DNA from: Fonticula alba ATCC 38817
Taxonomy: Eukaryota > Protista > Nucleariida
Assembly: GCA_000388065.2 (NCBI GenBank)
Contig: KB932202.1
Strand: one strand, 5' to 3'
DNA length: 46,317 nucleotides
Numbering within the stretch: the first letter of the stretch is position 1; each line of letters opens with the position of its first letter. A program made the translations under genes and the position numbers. Positions 24,901 through 37,653 of this stretch are shown piece by piece. A model generated the notes under the pieces. The model searched no databases, had not been told where the DNA came from, and saw only the letters and a program-made list of their open reading frames with translations.

Positions 24901-27900
24901 GTCGGCCGCAGCCCGGGCGACGTCCAGGAGGACGATGACGACGAGCAGGAGGACGCCGTCGACCAGGTGGGCGAGGAGGACAGCGGACTGAGGGAAATCC
25001 CCGAGTCGGAGTTGAGCAGGAACACCCGGGACTCCTGCTCCAGGGCGTCGCCATCGGAGAACACCCCCCCGGCGAAGGCCACCTCAAACTCGTCGAGCGC
25101 CTCCACGGCCGAGTACGACCGGTCCAGCGGAATGTACCGCGGGAAGTCGCCGGGCTGGTGGTGGTGATGATGGTGGTAGGCCGAGTGGTGGTGGTGGTGG
25201 TGGTGGTAGGCCGAGTGGTGGTGCGGGTGGTGGTGCGGGTGGTGCGGGTATGCCGCCGAGTACTGCGGGCCATAGGGCCCATAGGGCGAGGGGTAGGGGC
25301 GCGGATGGGCCCCGGCCGCCATCGGGCCGGACATCGTGTCGCCCCCGCCGCCGGGGGTCACCAAGACCGGGAAGGATTCATGCTGGACCAGCGGGGCCCC
25401 GCGGTGCGAGGGGTCCCCATGGCTGGCATCCCCGCCCGGGCCCGGGGGCGAGTATACCGCATGGCCGGAGACAATGCGCATCGGGCGCGGGGTGAACAGC
25501 GATGAGCCGTTGGCTGGCGGGTCGAACTCCGTGCGCGACAGGTCGCCGAGGATCACCGGGGTCCGGCCGACGCCCGAGGCAGGCGGCCCGGCCCCGGCCG
25601 CCGGGCCATAGAAGTGCAGGTGAAAGTCCGGATCGGCCCGCGGATCGGCCCCAAGGGCGGAAACCCGCGAGGCGGAGGGCCGCCCCCCCCCGGCGGCGCG
25701 GCCCTCGCGAGGGACCACATTGAAGGGGATCAGCTCATCCTCATGGTCGGTGTCGGAATCGGCATCGGCCCCGGGGTGCGGCTGGCCGGTGTGCCACATC
25801 AGCGACTCGCCATCGGCCTCCGCGTCCAGGGGGTCCACCATGCCGGACGCCGCCTCGGGACCCGCGGCCGGTGGCGACTGGGCCAGCAGGCTGGCGGCCA
25901 GCTTCTCACGCAGGGCGCGCTGCTGCTGGATGTAGGACTCTTCATAGGAGGGGGGCGGCGGGGCCGGAGGGGGACCGGCACGGTCGCCGGCAGGGCGCCC
26001 GCCCATGCCCGGGCCCGGCGCCTCGGCAATGGCATCCAGCCGACGGGAGCCCGGGGCCCCGGCTGCGGCCAGCCGCGCCGCGGCCACCAAGTCCGCCGGG
26101 CGCACGCGATCCCGCACACCGGCCGGGCCTGCCACCGGCAGCGAGGTGGAAATGAACCCCGCGGCCGGGGCGCTGGCCCCGCGAAGGGGCCCCCAACGTG
26201 GCGGGGTGTCCCGCTCGGCCGGGGCATCGCGCGACACGCCGGACGTCGGGGACCCGGGCGAGAGGGCCGGCGACTCGACCATGGCCAGCCGGCTGTCGGA
26301 AGCCCCGGCCGCCGAGCCGGGGCATTCGGCCGGCGGCGAGTGCAGACCCTCCGCGGGGATGATGGGAATCGGCCGAGAGGCCGACCCGGCCAGGGCGGCC
26401 AGATCGTCCGGCTGCGAGGCCGACCGCGGGAAGCCGGACTCCGGCGAGGAAACCGGCGAGCAGCCGGGCCCGGCCGAGGCCTGGCCCGAAAGCCGTGGCA
26501 GGCCGCCGCCTGGCAGGGAGGGCGATGGCCCGCCGGAGTCCGTGGCCCCCGGCAGTGGCGGAGTCCCGGGGTTCGACGGGGCGGGGGAAGGCTCGCCCGA
26601 CACCGTGGCCGACAAGCTCCGCAGCGAAGACTGCAGCAGAGCCAGCTGCCGGGAGGCCGACCGGACCAACATCGAGGACAGGTCGGCTGCCATGCCGGCC
26701 GCTCGTGAGGGAGACCCGGGCTGCTCGGCCACCGAGCCGAGCGAGTCGTGCGAGCGCGAGCCCGACGGCGACCCGGCCGGCGTCTGGTGCACCGGGCTGC
26801 CGGGCTCGGCCGAGGCGGTCAGCGGGGCCACCGCCAGGACGGCCGGCGCCATTGCCAGCCCGGTGGCCCGGGCGGCTGAGCCACCCGCCGTGGCATTCAG
26901 CGGCGGCGACCCGGAGGGGGGCGAGGGCGACCCGGAGGCCGGCCAGGACCCCGTGGCATTGGGTCCCGGCGAGCCGGCCGTGAAGGGACAGGGGGGGAGG
27001 CTGGCCGCGGCGTCGCGCAGGCGTTCACGCGACAGCGACTCGCTCAGGGCCGACCGCAGGGGGCCGGTCGTGGGGGCCGGCGCGAGGAGACTCGGCGACC
27101 CGCCGGCGGCGGGCCCACCCAGGGAGGTGGTCGTTGCGCCGGTATCCAGCATCAGCCCGAAGGCCAGGCTGCGGAACAGCTCCTCCGAGTCCTCCTCCGC
27201 CTCGGAGGAGGAGGAGGAGGCGGCCGAGAAGCCGGAAGAGGAGCTGCCATCCTCGAGGGTCGTCGGCACGGGCGACCCGGGGACCGGGGTGGAGCAGCCG
27301 GAGGACAGGCCGCCGCCAGCACCGCCGGCGCGGACTTGCCGAAGCATGGGGGCGACATCCAGGCTGGTGGCCAGGTCGGAGGAGTCGGCCGCCACCAGGG
27401 CATCCTCGGACAGTGAGTAGAAGGTCGGCTCAATCGGGGTGCCGGCCCCATCGGCCTCGCTGTCGGAGGAGCTGGATCGGCAGCCCCGCCGGGGGAGCCC
27501 ATGCACCGGGCTACGGAAGGGGGTGTGGATCTCCCGGCGACGAAGGGGCGGCGGCGGCGGCGGCGAGGACAGCCGCGTGTGCGACAGGGAAAAGTGGATG
27601 CCATTGTCATCGGAGGCCGAATCGTCGAAGAGGCCATCGTCGCTGTCGGTGTTGTGGCTGGCCGTGTCATGGTCCCCGAAGGAGCTCCCGGACTCGTCAT
27701 CCGCCTCGTCGTCGCTCCAGCTGGCGGCATGGTCGTCGGACTCGCTGTCCTCCTGGTCGTCATCGCCATCGCCATCATCATCATCATCATCTGGGCTGAA
27801 GGCGTCGGCAGAGGCGGAGTCGGTGCAGGAGTCGCCATATTGCGCGGAGCCGAATGCCACGTCGCCCGCCTCGGAGTCATCCCCATTCGCCATGGATGGC

Positions 27901-29761
27901 CGGGCGCGCTGCTGTCGGAAGAGGGGCTGCCGATTGCCATTCCCATCGAAGGAGAGGAAGTCCGAGGAATAGGTGGCAAGGCGGTCGGAGGAGGAGGAGC
28001 TGCTGCTGTGGTCTGCATCATCCTCGTCATCGTACTCGTCGTCGTACTCGTCGTCATACTCGTCGTCGTACTCGTCGTCGTACTCGTCGTCGTACCCGTC
28101 GGACCCAGACTCGATGATGCCGGTGGGGCCATAGTCGAACCACGAGTCAAAGTACCGGACGATGAAGGGGTGATTCAACTTGGCCAGAATGCGAACTTCA
28201 TCCATCAACCGGAGGAGGGCCTCTTCGGCATTGTCCTGGAAGATGGGGATCAGCTTCAGGGCATAGATGCGCCCATCGAGCTTCTTCTCCGCTCGAATGA
28301 CCCGGCCGAAGCCGCCAGAGCCGATGACTACACTGGAGTCCATCTTGAACTCGCTGGTCATGCGCTGCGCCGGGGACTGGAGGAGGCTGGAAAAGCGCCG
28401 GAGGATGAAGAAGAAGGTCTGGTGCGCCGAGAGGAGCTGCTGGTGCTGCTGATACTGCTGGTACGGGTGGTGCGGATGCCCATGATAGGGGTGCATCATG
28501 CTGGCGGCCAGGTGCTCCGGGAAATGCCCACCGGGTGGCATGCCCCCGGCCTGGGGAGGAGCGGCCGGCCGAGGACCACCCGGCGTGGCGACACCCGCCG
28601 GCCCGGGCCACAGGGCACCCGAGGAGCCGGAGTAGCCGGCGAAGTCCGCAAAGTCATGCGACCCTCCGCCGGCGGTGCGCTGCAGCGACAGCAGGGGAGG
28701 GGCACCGGCCGGCGTGGCCGGCCCGCCGGCCAGGGTCAGGCCGAGAAAGCCACTGGCGGAGCCCGGCAGCCGGCCATGGCCCGGCGGGTCGGCCGGGGCT
28801 GCGGCATGCGGAAGCGCCGGGAAGATGGTGGCCGGGCCTTCGGCAAAGGGGCCGGAAAAGACGCGGCCACTGTTCCCGACACCGGGGTTGCCGGCCGGGC
28901 CGCCGAGCGGGAAGAAGGGACCCAAGTCCGAAGATGAGCCGGGCGCCGTGACGCCCATCGAGGAGGACGCCCCGAAGGTGGAGACGGCCGCCGTCCCGGC
29001 GGAGGGGGTGGTCGAGGCCGGCGTGGCCCCGGAGAAGCCCAGCCCCGCACCAAAGCCCGGGGAGGGGGCCCCGAAGGTGGACACATCGCCGGGCCCGGTC
29101 AGCGGGCCCGGCCCCCGGCGAGAGTTCATCCGCGTGTAGATGGACATCGGCGGGGGATGGTAGGAGCTTTGCTTGTTGCCATAGAGAAAGGGCTTCGGCT
29201 CGGGGGGGGCGCTGAGCCCGAGCCCCGGCGGGCTGACCGAGCCGCGGATCCGGCTCCCGGCCGCGGCTGGCATGTCGAGCGCCGGCGTCGGACCCAGCAG
29301 GAGAGGCCCGGATTGCGACCTGGCCAGCAGCGGCGCCGGTGGCGGGAGCGGATGCGCCGCCGGCAGACCGGCCGAGGGGCCCGCCGGGCCCACCGGGACC
29401 GGCGAGTCGGCCAAGGGGCGAGCACCGGCCGCCAGGACCGTGGCAAGACTGATCTTGGCGTCGCTGTGCGCCGGCAGGGCCCATGCATTGCTGCCTGCAG
29501 ACACGGACCCCGAGGGAGCCGCCTCCGAATCGACGCCAGTGCGGCCGGGGTCCCGGATGGGGGGCCGGCCGGCGGCGGCAGGACGCCTGGACCCGGCGCC
29601 TGGCTGGTACGAGGAATCAGCCGCCTCGGTCGAGAGGCCGGAGTAGGACCCGACAAAGTCGTTGAGAGAGTTGATGACCTGCGGAATTGACGCCGGGCCG
29701 AGCACGTCAGCAAGAGGGGATCGGGGGCGGGCGAGGGGCGGGCGAGGGGGAGGGGGGGGGG

Positions 29762-29805
<44 letters not shown>

Positions 29806-30387
29806 CAGTGCGTGCACGAGGGAACATACCTTGGACTTGATCAGAATCTGGGAGATCACAGGGATGACCGAGGACTGGATCTCCGGGTTGGTCGAGAGCA
29901 GGAGCTGGTACTGCTGCGAGAGGGTCTGGCGCAGGTGGGTCTCGAGCTCCGGCTGGGCGAGGCTATCCATCGCCGGGGCGAAGGCCTCGGGCGCCGGGTG
30001 GGCCGGGACGCCGGCGTGCGCCGGGGTGTTGCCCGTGGGGCTGGTGTCGCAGGCGCTGCCAGGGCCAGCGCCGCCGCCGCCGCCGCCGCCGCCGGCGCGC
30101 AGGATTCCGGCAGAGTCCCCGCCGCCGCCGCCGCCATGGCGGACAATGCCCGTCGAGACGCCGCCGGGGAAGTCCTCCCGAGGGGCGGTGTACGGGGTGG
30201 CAGGCGCGGTGGCCAGCGCGACCAGCGGATCATCATCGGCGCCGGGGGCAGGGGCGGGGGCGGGGGCGGCCGTCTGCCGGGCAGCACGAGCACCCGGGTG
30301 CGGGGCGGCCGACGTGGCCGGCTGCTTCAGGCCCGGCTGCCCGGCCAGGGGGGAAAGGGAGGAAGGGGGGGCCGATGGCGCCGCCAC
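20303..30387 (-). CDS. EIF2AK1: Giant eIF2alpha kinase, HRI-like (about 3,200 aa). Exons ~30387-29830, 29678-22340, 22143-22091, 21907-20303; true start unresolved (ATG at 30413 is out of frame)
   Basis: IGSGGFGRV..KKLDGRIYALKLIP; HPFIVRYFDSWF; LYLVIQMELC..LGEWL; HRDLKPQNVF; IGDFGLS; HTARIGTRP|YVAPEQ; KVDIYALGVMLIEL; C-terminal coiled coil LLMEKDREIQALQAEVAQLRALL. Family is secure; the HRI subtype is inferred from the C-terminal coiled coil and a Cys-Pro before helix E. Confidence 0.8.
28023..28094 (-). repeat. 12-nt coding tandem repeat, (YDDE)x6, at the start of the kinase insert
   Basis: gtcgtcgtactc-type units on the + strand; translation GYDDEYDDEYDDEYDDEYDDEYDDEDD. Confidence 0.9.
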
Positions 30388-32653
30388 GGCATCCGGCCGT
30401 CCGCCAGCAACATGGTCGGAGTCGGTGATGGTTGCGCTCGGAGGGGGGGAGTGGCAGGGGGGGAAGGGAGACCCTCTGCCTCAGGCTCACAGCCGTGAAC
30501 AGGTGGGGGTGTGGGTGTCGCGCGGGGCGGGAGACCGACACGGGGAAAAGCGGGGAAAGGGGAAAAGGGAAAGTAAGGGGGGGGGGGGACTCGATTTCCT
30601 CCTCCTCCGGCGATCAGGGGCCGCGTGTGCCGATGGATGGGCGGGTGTGCGCGCACGCGCTCCAATGGGTGGGTCGGCGATTGGGGATCGCGGGGCGGTC
30701 AAACGGCCGGGCACAGCGCGACAATCGGAGTGGTGCTCGTCTGGATGGAGAGACGCGGCCGGGGCAGGGGAGGGGGGGGGGGNNNNNNNNNNNNNNNNNN
30801 NNNNNNNNNNNNNNNNNNNNNNNNNNNNNNNNNNNNNNNNNNNNNNNNNNNNNNNNNNNNNNNNNNNNNNNNNNNNNNNNNNGGGGGGCTGGCACAAGCG
30901 GCCGGGAGCGGTGCCGGGGCCGCACGACGGAGCTCCGAGTCTCGGGCGGGGCATACACCTGCGGGGAGTTCGATTGCTGCCCGTGCGGGGACTTGTTCTG
31001 GAAGCGGGAAAAAGTCCATCGGGAGATCGCCCCTACCCCCCCCCCTGGGGGCGGGACTGGGGGGGGGGGGGGGGGGGGGGGCGCGGACGGCAGCCCGGGG
31101 TGGTACCACCCTGGATGCTGGAGCTGGGAGCTGGGCGCGACCAGGACCGATAACAACGGCTCTCACACCGGTACCCCGGGAGAGCAGCCAGCTGCCGAGG
31201 ACAGCCCCGGGGGAGGTGGGGGGGGGGCCGGTCAAGGGGGTCCCGCCGGGGCTCGGCACACCAGCCGGCATACACACGCAGGCTTCCTGACCTCATTCTG
31301 TTACGCCCGGGGCCAGGTTTCGGGCCGGGCGCCGGGGCAGATCGGGCTCGCTCTTCGGATGGGAGGGGGGCATGCTTTCTCATCTGCAACACACCCCCGC
31401 ACACAGGACCCGGCAACGGGGCGGGGGTGGGGGGGGGCGGGGGGGGGGGGCGTGTGACACCTCGATCGGCGTGCGCAGCGGGGGCGGGGGGCGGGGGCGA
31501 ATCGCCCGCTGCCACCGTGGCACAGGGACCCGCGCCTTTGGCCCCGTCTCCTCTGCGATCGATCACCTCCGCCTCGGCAACACCCCGGGCGACGAGCCCG
31601 GCCAAGAGGCAGGCCAGCGTCTGGAGATCTCCCGTCTCGAACGTTCACCCCCCTCCCCCTGCCTTCACTGGGGGCCTAGTTAAATGTTGCTGGCGCCCTG
31701 CCCGCTTCTGCGCGGGCGCGCCCGGACCAGCGAGTGCACATGCTCCGACCCGCGGACACGCCCACACGCCCCCCACGCCCCCCACGCCCACACAGAGCAG
31801 GGGAGAGAGAGAGAGAGAGAGAGGGACGGGCACCAACCAATCACCAGGTGGTGGGTGGGGTTGCTCAGTGTGGAGGCCAGGGAGGCGCGTGTTGCGTGCG
31901 CGCCCCCGGACAAGTGTGCCCTGCGCTCGTGCACTCGCCAGCCCATTAACCGGAAGCCTCGGTCGCCTGTTGCCCGCCTCCAGCCCCGCCCCGGCCCCCG
32001 GCGGGGGCGCCAACGGCCCCGGCGACATGCCCGGCTCGCGTGGCGAACGGCCAAATGAGAGAACGCATCTCTGAGGCCGCAGGCGGTCCTGATTGTCCCC
32101 CCGCCCCCACTGCCCGTCGCCCTTCATCCCCCTCTACACACGCGCCTGGGCATGCGTCCGCTGAATTCCACGCCCCCCCCCCCCGGCGCACGGAGGGTGG
32201 CTGGTATTTTGCCCCCACGCACATGCCCCCCCCCTCTCCCCCTCTCCCCCCTCCCCCGCCCAGGTGACCACTCCGCACAGGTACCAACGGTCGGCGATTT
32301 CGCGGGGCGCCCAATCTCAGATTGGAGGTGCCACCGGATCGGCGGCGATCGGCTCGTTTTGAAAAACCCGGCATCTGGATTGAACAGCCGCGAGTGGCCG
32401 GGGACGCATTGCGAGCCCTTCCCCGCGGAAGCTCGGGGGCCTCCTGCCAGAGAGCGCGCGCGGGGCGCAGGGGCGCAGGGGCGGGGGGGAGGGGGGCGCG
32501 AAGCCCCAGAAGGGGCCCAGCTTGCTTGGGCTCAGGGGGGCGAGGAGGGGGTCCGGGCTGGGCATCCTCGGCGGCGCGAGCAGAGGCGGGCCGGCGCCCG
32601 GAGGAGCGCGCATGTCCATCGACAAGCTCAATAGCTCCCAATACAGTAGCCTA

Positions 32654-32712
<59 letters not shown>

Positions 32713-33299
32713 AGAGGCCATCGTACAAATCCTCGCGGCCCTGGATCGAGATCGGGATCTGGCTGCGGACCGCATCGACCACAGAGAAATCTGAACAGGG
32801 AGCCGCCGGTCAGCCAGGCATTGGTGGGGAAGCACATTTCAAGTGGAGACAGGCAAGAGCCAGCGCACCGATGTCCGCATAGAGGATACCCTCATCCTCC
32901 TCGAGCTTGGAAACGACCTTGGCCCTGGGGCAAGGGGAGACGCATCAATGTGAGTGGAGGACAAGGGCCGGGCAGCCACCAGCCGACCGTGCTGGCGGGA
33001 ATGGCATGGGGGAGGCCCTCGCCCCCGGGGGGGGGTGTTTGAACTTGCACATGCTCCGGGACGTACCAAGGGTCCACCACGGTGCTGTGGCCGAATGCAA
33101 CATAGCCAGTCGAGTTGTCCCGGGCCGGGGCCGCACCGGCGACGTACAGCTGGGCACCAAGCCGGGAGCCGAGTGCAAGTCAGTGAGGCAGAAGGGATGG
33201 GGTCACTTCCGGCGAAAGGACGCGCCTCGGGCCCAAAGGATGGAGGATGGTGTGGTGGCCCGGGGGGGGGGGGGGGGGGGGGGGGGGGGNNNNNNNNNN

Positions 33300-33366
<67 letters not shown>

Positions 33367-34895
33367 GGGGAGAAGAAGGACGGGGAGGCAGCAGCAAAAT
33401 AGGGCCTACCTGGTTGTCATTCGCACGCGAGCGCAGCAGCAGCTCCCAGTGCAGGGGGCCGGTGGTGGTGTTGAAGGCGCCGGGGTAAATCAGCATCTTG
33501 GCCCCCTGGTGGCGCATGTACTCCGCCAGCCGAGGGAAGCGGATGTCGTAGCAGATGGCCAGGCCGATCTTGCCAAAGGCTGAGCATGCCAGCAGACCAA
33601 GGAGCAGCAGGTGGGGAGCAAGGAGAGCCAGCACGTCAGCATGTGCAATCGGTGGCGAGGGCCAGGGAGAGCGCCGGGCGGAGCGTGGGGGCCTGGCCGG
33701 CCGGGGCGCGCACCGGTGTCGAAAACGGTCGGCTTGTCACCAGCCGACAAGGTATCCGACTCCTTGAAGGTGACACGGCCCGGGACATCGATGTCAAAGA
33801 GGTGGATCTGCATTTTCGGGGGGTCAGAGCCAGGACAGGCCGAGTCGATTCCCGAGGAACCGGCGGGGAATCGCGGGGAGAGAGGGAGAGAGAGAGAGAG
33901 AGGGGCAGAGAGAGGAAGAGGAAGGTCCGAAAATGGGACCAGGCGAACCTTCCGGTGGGTGGTCAACATGTTCCCCTCAGGGCCGAAGACCATGGCCGTG
34001 TTGTAAATCTTCCCATCGGCCGAGCGCTCGGGGATGGTGCCTGATCGGATGCCGAGAGGGAGACAAGAGAACAGGGGGGGGGGAGAGGGGGCGGTGAGTG
34101 GCAGGAAGGCAGCCAGTTGGGGCCAAAGGGAGTGCCCAAAACCCGAGGCAGTCCCCTCGGAGTACAGGGGAGCGACGAACCACCGATGAGGTAAATGCTG
34201 TGCTCCTTGGCAGCCTCGGACAGGGCAGACCAGGTCGGCCCGCCGGGGATGGTCTCGGCGTGCTCATTGAACTGGCGCGTGTCGTAGGGCGAGTTAAAGC
34301 ACTCCTATGTGTGCGCGTTTGTGGGTGTGGGTGAGAGAGGGAGACGGGGGCCGGGAGGGACAGAGGGAGACAGAGGGAGACAGAGGGAGGCAGAGGGAGA
34401 CACACACACAGACAGACACACACACAGACAGACACACAGACACACACACAGACAGACACACAGACACACACACAGACACACACACAGACACACACACAGA
34501 CAGACACACAGACACACACACAGACACACACACAGACACACACACAGACAGACACACAGACACACAGACACACAGACACACAGACAGACAGACAGACAGG
34601 GAGATACAAACAATGAGAGAGGGCCACGCACCGGCAGCACAACCATATCAGCACCCTCCTTGGCAGTGCGACTGATAGCCGACAGGGCAGCAGCGATGTT
34701 GGTGCTCTTGTCGGCACAGACGCGCATCTGGATCAGAGCCAGGCGGAACTCTGGTCACCCGCATGGCCGAAGGGGAAAACCGGGCAAAAGGCCGTGAGGA
34801 ACAGTCAGTCCGAAGCCTGGAACCACACGATGCAGGGCATAAGTACCAGCGCTCCAGGGCCCACATGGCGACATACTCTGGGAGGCGTTCATCAT
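32654..34895 (-). CDS. NIT2: Omega-amidase NIT2-like carbon-nitrogen hydrolase, 297 aa. Exons 34895-34877, 34750-34632, 34304-34181, 34040-33949, 33807-33714, 33579-33410, 33149-33067, 32924-32869, 32790-32654
   Basis: FRLALIQ; VVLP|ECFNSPY; HRK|[20 protein letters not shown]; [10 protein letters not shown]; [26 protein letters not shown]; [13 protein letters not shown]. Glu-Lys-Cys triad intact; all eight intron phases consistent (894 nt). Confidence 0.93.
32657..32710 (-). repeat. (CAG)18 encoding the C-terminal polyglutamine of NIT2
   Basis: 18 perfect CTG units on the + strand, directly before tandem stops TAA TAG on the - strand. Confidence 0.95.
34395..34600. repeat. Compound (AC)n/(AGAC)n microsatellite in NIT2 intron 2
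   Basis: Repeating acagacacacac / acagacagacac units read directly. Confidence 0.9.
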
Positions 34896-35434
34896 TTTCG
34901 GCGATGGCGATGGAAACACCGGAACAAGGGGGCGGCGAGGGGGAGCGGCAAGGGGCGGAGGGGCGCGGGAGGAAGGGAGGCGACGAGCAAAGGCCAGCGA
35001 GAAGACAGGAGGATGGGCACGCTAGATTGTAGAGAAAACCGAGCCGACACCGATCGGGAACGCGCAAGCGGCCCTTCAGTCGGGCGAAGGGGGGGGGTGG
35101 GCACGTGATTCGATCTATTGGGTGCTGAAGGCCGGCCATCGGGCAAGCCGAGGAGGCAGGAAAAAAAAGGCCCAACGGCCGCACAACAGCGAGAAGAAAC
35201 GGGCCACGCCCCGGAAGCGAGGAGAGGGCGAGGGACATCGGGAGAAGGAAGACAAGAAAGGAAGAGAAAGACACCCGGTGGGGAGGGGAGGGGGGGGGGA
35301 CAACCCTCGCCCGGTGGCAGGAGGCAGTGGCAACTCGGCGCCTGGATCTTTTGGCGGCGCCAGCTCTTCGTGGGGTGAGGGGAGGCGGGGCGAGGGCAGA
35401 ACGCGGCGCTTGAGGCTCCCCGCCGGCCGGCCGG

Positions 35435-37570
35435 CTAGTACACCGGTCGGTAGAGGATGTCGAAAGTGAGCGATCCACAGGGCACCCCATCGAGGGCGGT
35501 GTCGCGCAGGTGGTTGACCGTGCCGCTGAAGAACTCAATCAGGTCGTCGAGCGGCAGCTGCCACGACCCGACGAACTCGTCCGGGGCGAACTCCAGCTGA
35601 TCGTACACCGTCAACTTGAGGACGCTGCTGGCCTGATCGGCGTTGAGGGCCACGCTGCGGATGGATGCCGCCGAGGAGGCGGTCCCGCCGCCGCCGCCGC
35701 CGCCAATATCCCCGCTGGCGATGAGGTCCGACGCTGGCGGGGTGCTGGGCGCGCCCGGGCCCACGGCCAGCGTGAACTCCTCATCCCACCGGGGGGCGGC
35801 CACATCGGCGACAACCTTCGTTTGGAAGACCTGCGCGCCGAGGCGCACTTCCACGAAGAACGACCGGCCTCGGGCTGCCCGGGCGATGGCGCGATTGCCG
35901 GCCGCCAGCTCCGCCTCCGACAGGCCGATGTTGCGCCCGCTGATGATGCGCACCGTCAAGTGCCCGGTCAGGTTGGGGTTGGCGTCGGCGGCGAGCCAGC
36001 GCGCCTGTGCCGTGGCCAAGCGACGCTCAGCCAGCGCCTGGCGCATGGCGGCCGAGGTGCTGTTAATCAACCGCATCCAGGCCTGCTTGTCCTGGCGCTT
36101 CTTGACTCGCACGCGCAGGGTTTGCACCCCGGCTTGGTGGATCTCGAAGGATGTGTCATCGCCCCCGTGGCCGGAGTCGCCGCCGCCGCCGCCGGCCGCC
36201 GCCGCCGCCGACGGCGACAGGGCTTCCGTCGGAGAGGTGACCGGCGAGGCGCCGGCGGCCAGGTCGCCGGCCGGGCCATCCGTGGCACCGATCTCCCGAG
36301 CCACGATCGAATATACCGGCATGATGGTGCGGTAGACCACGAGCGAGGTGGCCCCGCTGGCCGGGCCGACGGTCGCAGCGGCCCCGGCTCCGCCATGGCC
36401 ACCGGACCCAGAGTGCCCGCTGCTGCCGGAGTGCGAGGATGACCGCGGCACACACAGCAGCAAAAAGTCATTGGTCAACAGGGCATCCAGCTGTCGGCCG
36501 CTCTTATGCTTGAACAGGACTCCCTGGTGGACCAGCGCGCGCGGCCCCATGAGCCGCGTGCTGCCCAGAAAGTCGATGTGCGGGCTGGAACCGAAGTCCA
36601 CCTTCCTGCAGGGGGGCGAGGGGCGGGGAGCGGGGGACGGGGGGGGGGGATCAGTCAAAAGCATGGCGCCTTCCAATGATGCATGCATGCGCGCGCAGAG
36701 CAGAGAGGACCGGGAGAGGGAGAGCGCCAGAAGAGCGGCAAAGGGCGAAGGGGAAATGGAAAAGGCAGGCCGAGGGTCCAGAAGGAAGACCACGGCAAGC
36801 CGGGGAAGACGCACTGTTGCCACTTCTTGAGGGCCATCTCATCGGTCGACTGCCGAGCGATGTCATTGGTCAGGGAGCACAGGTTGTCCGCGATCGAGGC
36901 CGCCAGGCTGACATCCGCATGATCGGGATGGGCCTCGGGCGTGTACTTGAGGATGGCCCGCGTCAAGAGCGTGTATCGGGTCACCCGCTGCATGGGCTCA
37001 AGCAGCAGGGAGGTCAGGTTCAGGACGCCCAACTGGCGGAGCCGCGCGCTTGAGGAGAAGATATCCTGCGCCACGTGGCTGATCCGGGGGTTGCGCTCGA
37101 GCAGGCTGCTGAAGGCCAACTGCGCGGCGCGCTGGTGCCCGCAGTAGATGGTGTACGGCTGGAGCTGCTGCAAGTGGCGAATCAGAATATCACCGATACG
37201 GTCAATGTACCCGGTGGAGGGATTGAGGACTGCCGCGCGGCGCTCCAAGTCCGCAAGGAAATGCGTGTTACAGGGGATCAGCTCGTAGACGTTGGAGAAA
37301 ATGTCGCGCATGATGCGCGGCTCGACAAACTGCCGGAAGGCCGTGATCACCTCGTCCCGCAGCACCAGCAGCTTCTGCACGTAGGTGGCCTCGGTGCTGA
37401 TGAACTCCTGAATGGCCTTGAAGCGGCGCTCCTCGGAGGTGGCTGTCACCGCCCCGGCGCCATCGGTCGTGATGCGCGGCTACACAGGGGAGGGCCAGGC
37501 CATGCAGGGAGCCAGCACAAGGACGGGTGATGGGGGGGGGGGGGGCGGGGGGGGGGGGGGGGGGGTCAGT

Positions 37571-37653
<83 letters not shown>

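Noticed and set aside
30414-32653. Possible hidden gene or ncRNA in gene-free intervals (also 18102-20302 and 42637-45017)
   Set aside because: No domain-like translation, coherent exon chain or recognisable tRNA/snRNA motif found by eye; a covariance-model search could still reveal something.
32522-32794. + strand ORF with a poly-Leu stretch resembling a small membrane protein
   Set aside because: It is the antisense reading of the NIT2 last exon and its (CAG)18 repeat.
34294-34797. His/Thr/Asp/Arg-rich and Cys/Val-rich ORFs
   Set aside because: Translations of the (AC)/(AGAC) microsatellite inside NIT2 intron 2.
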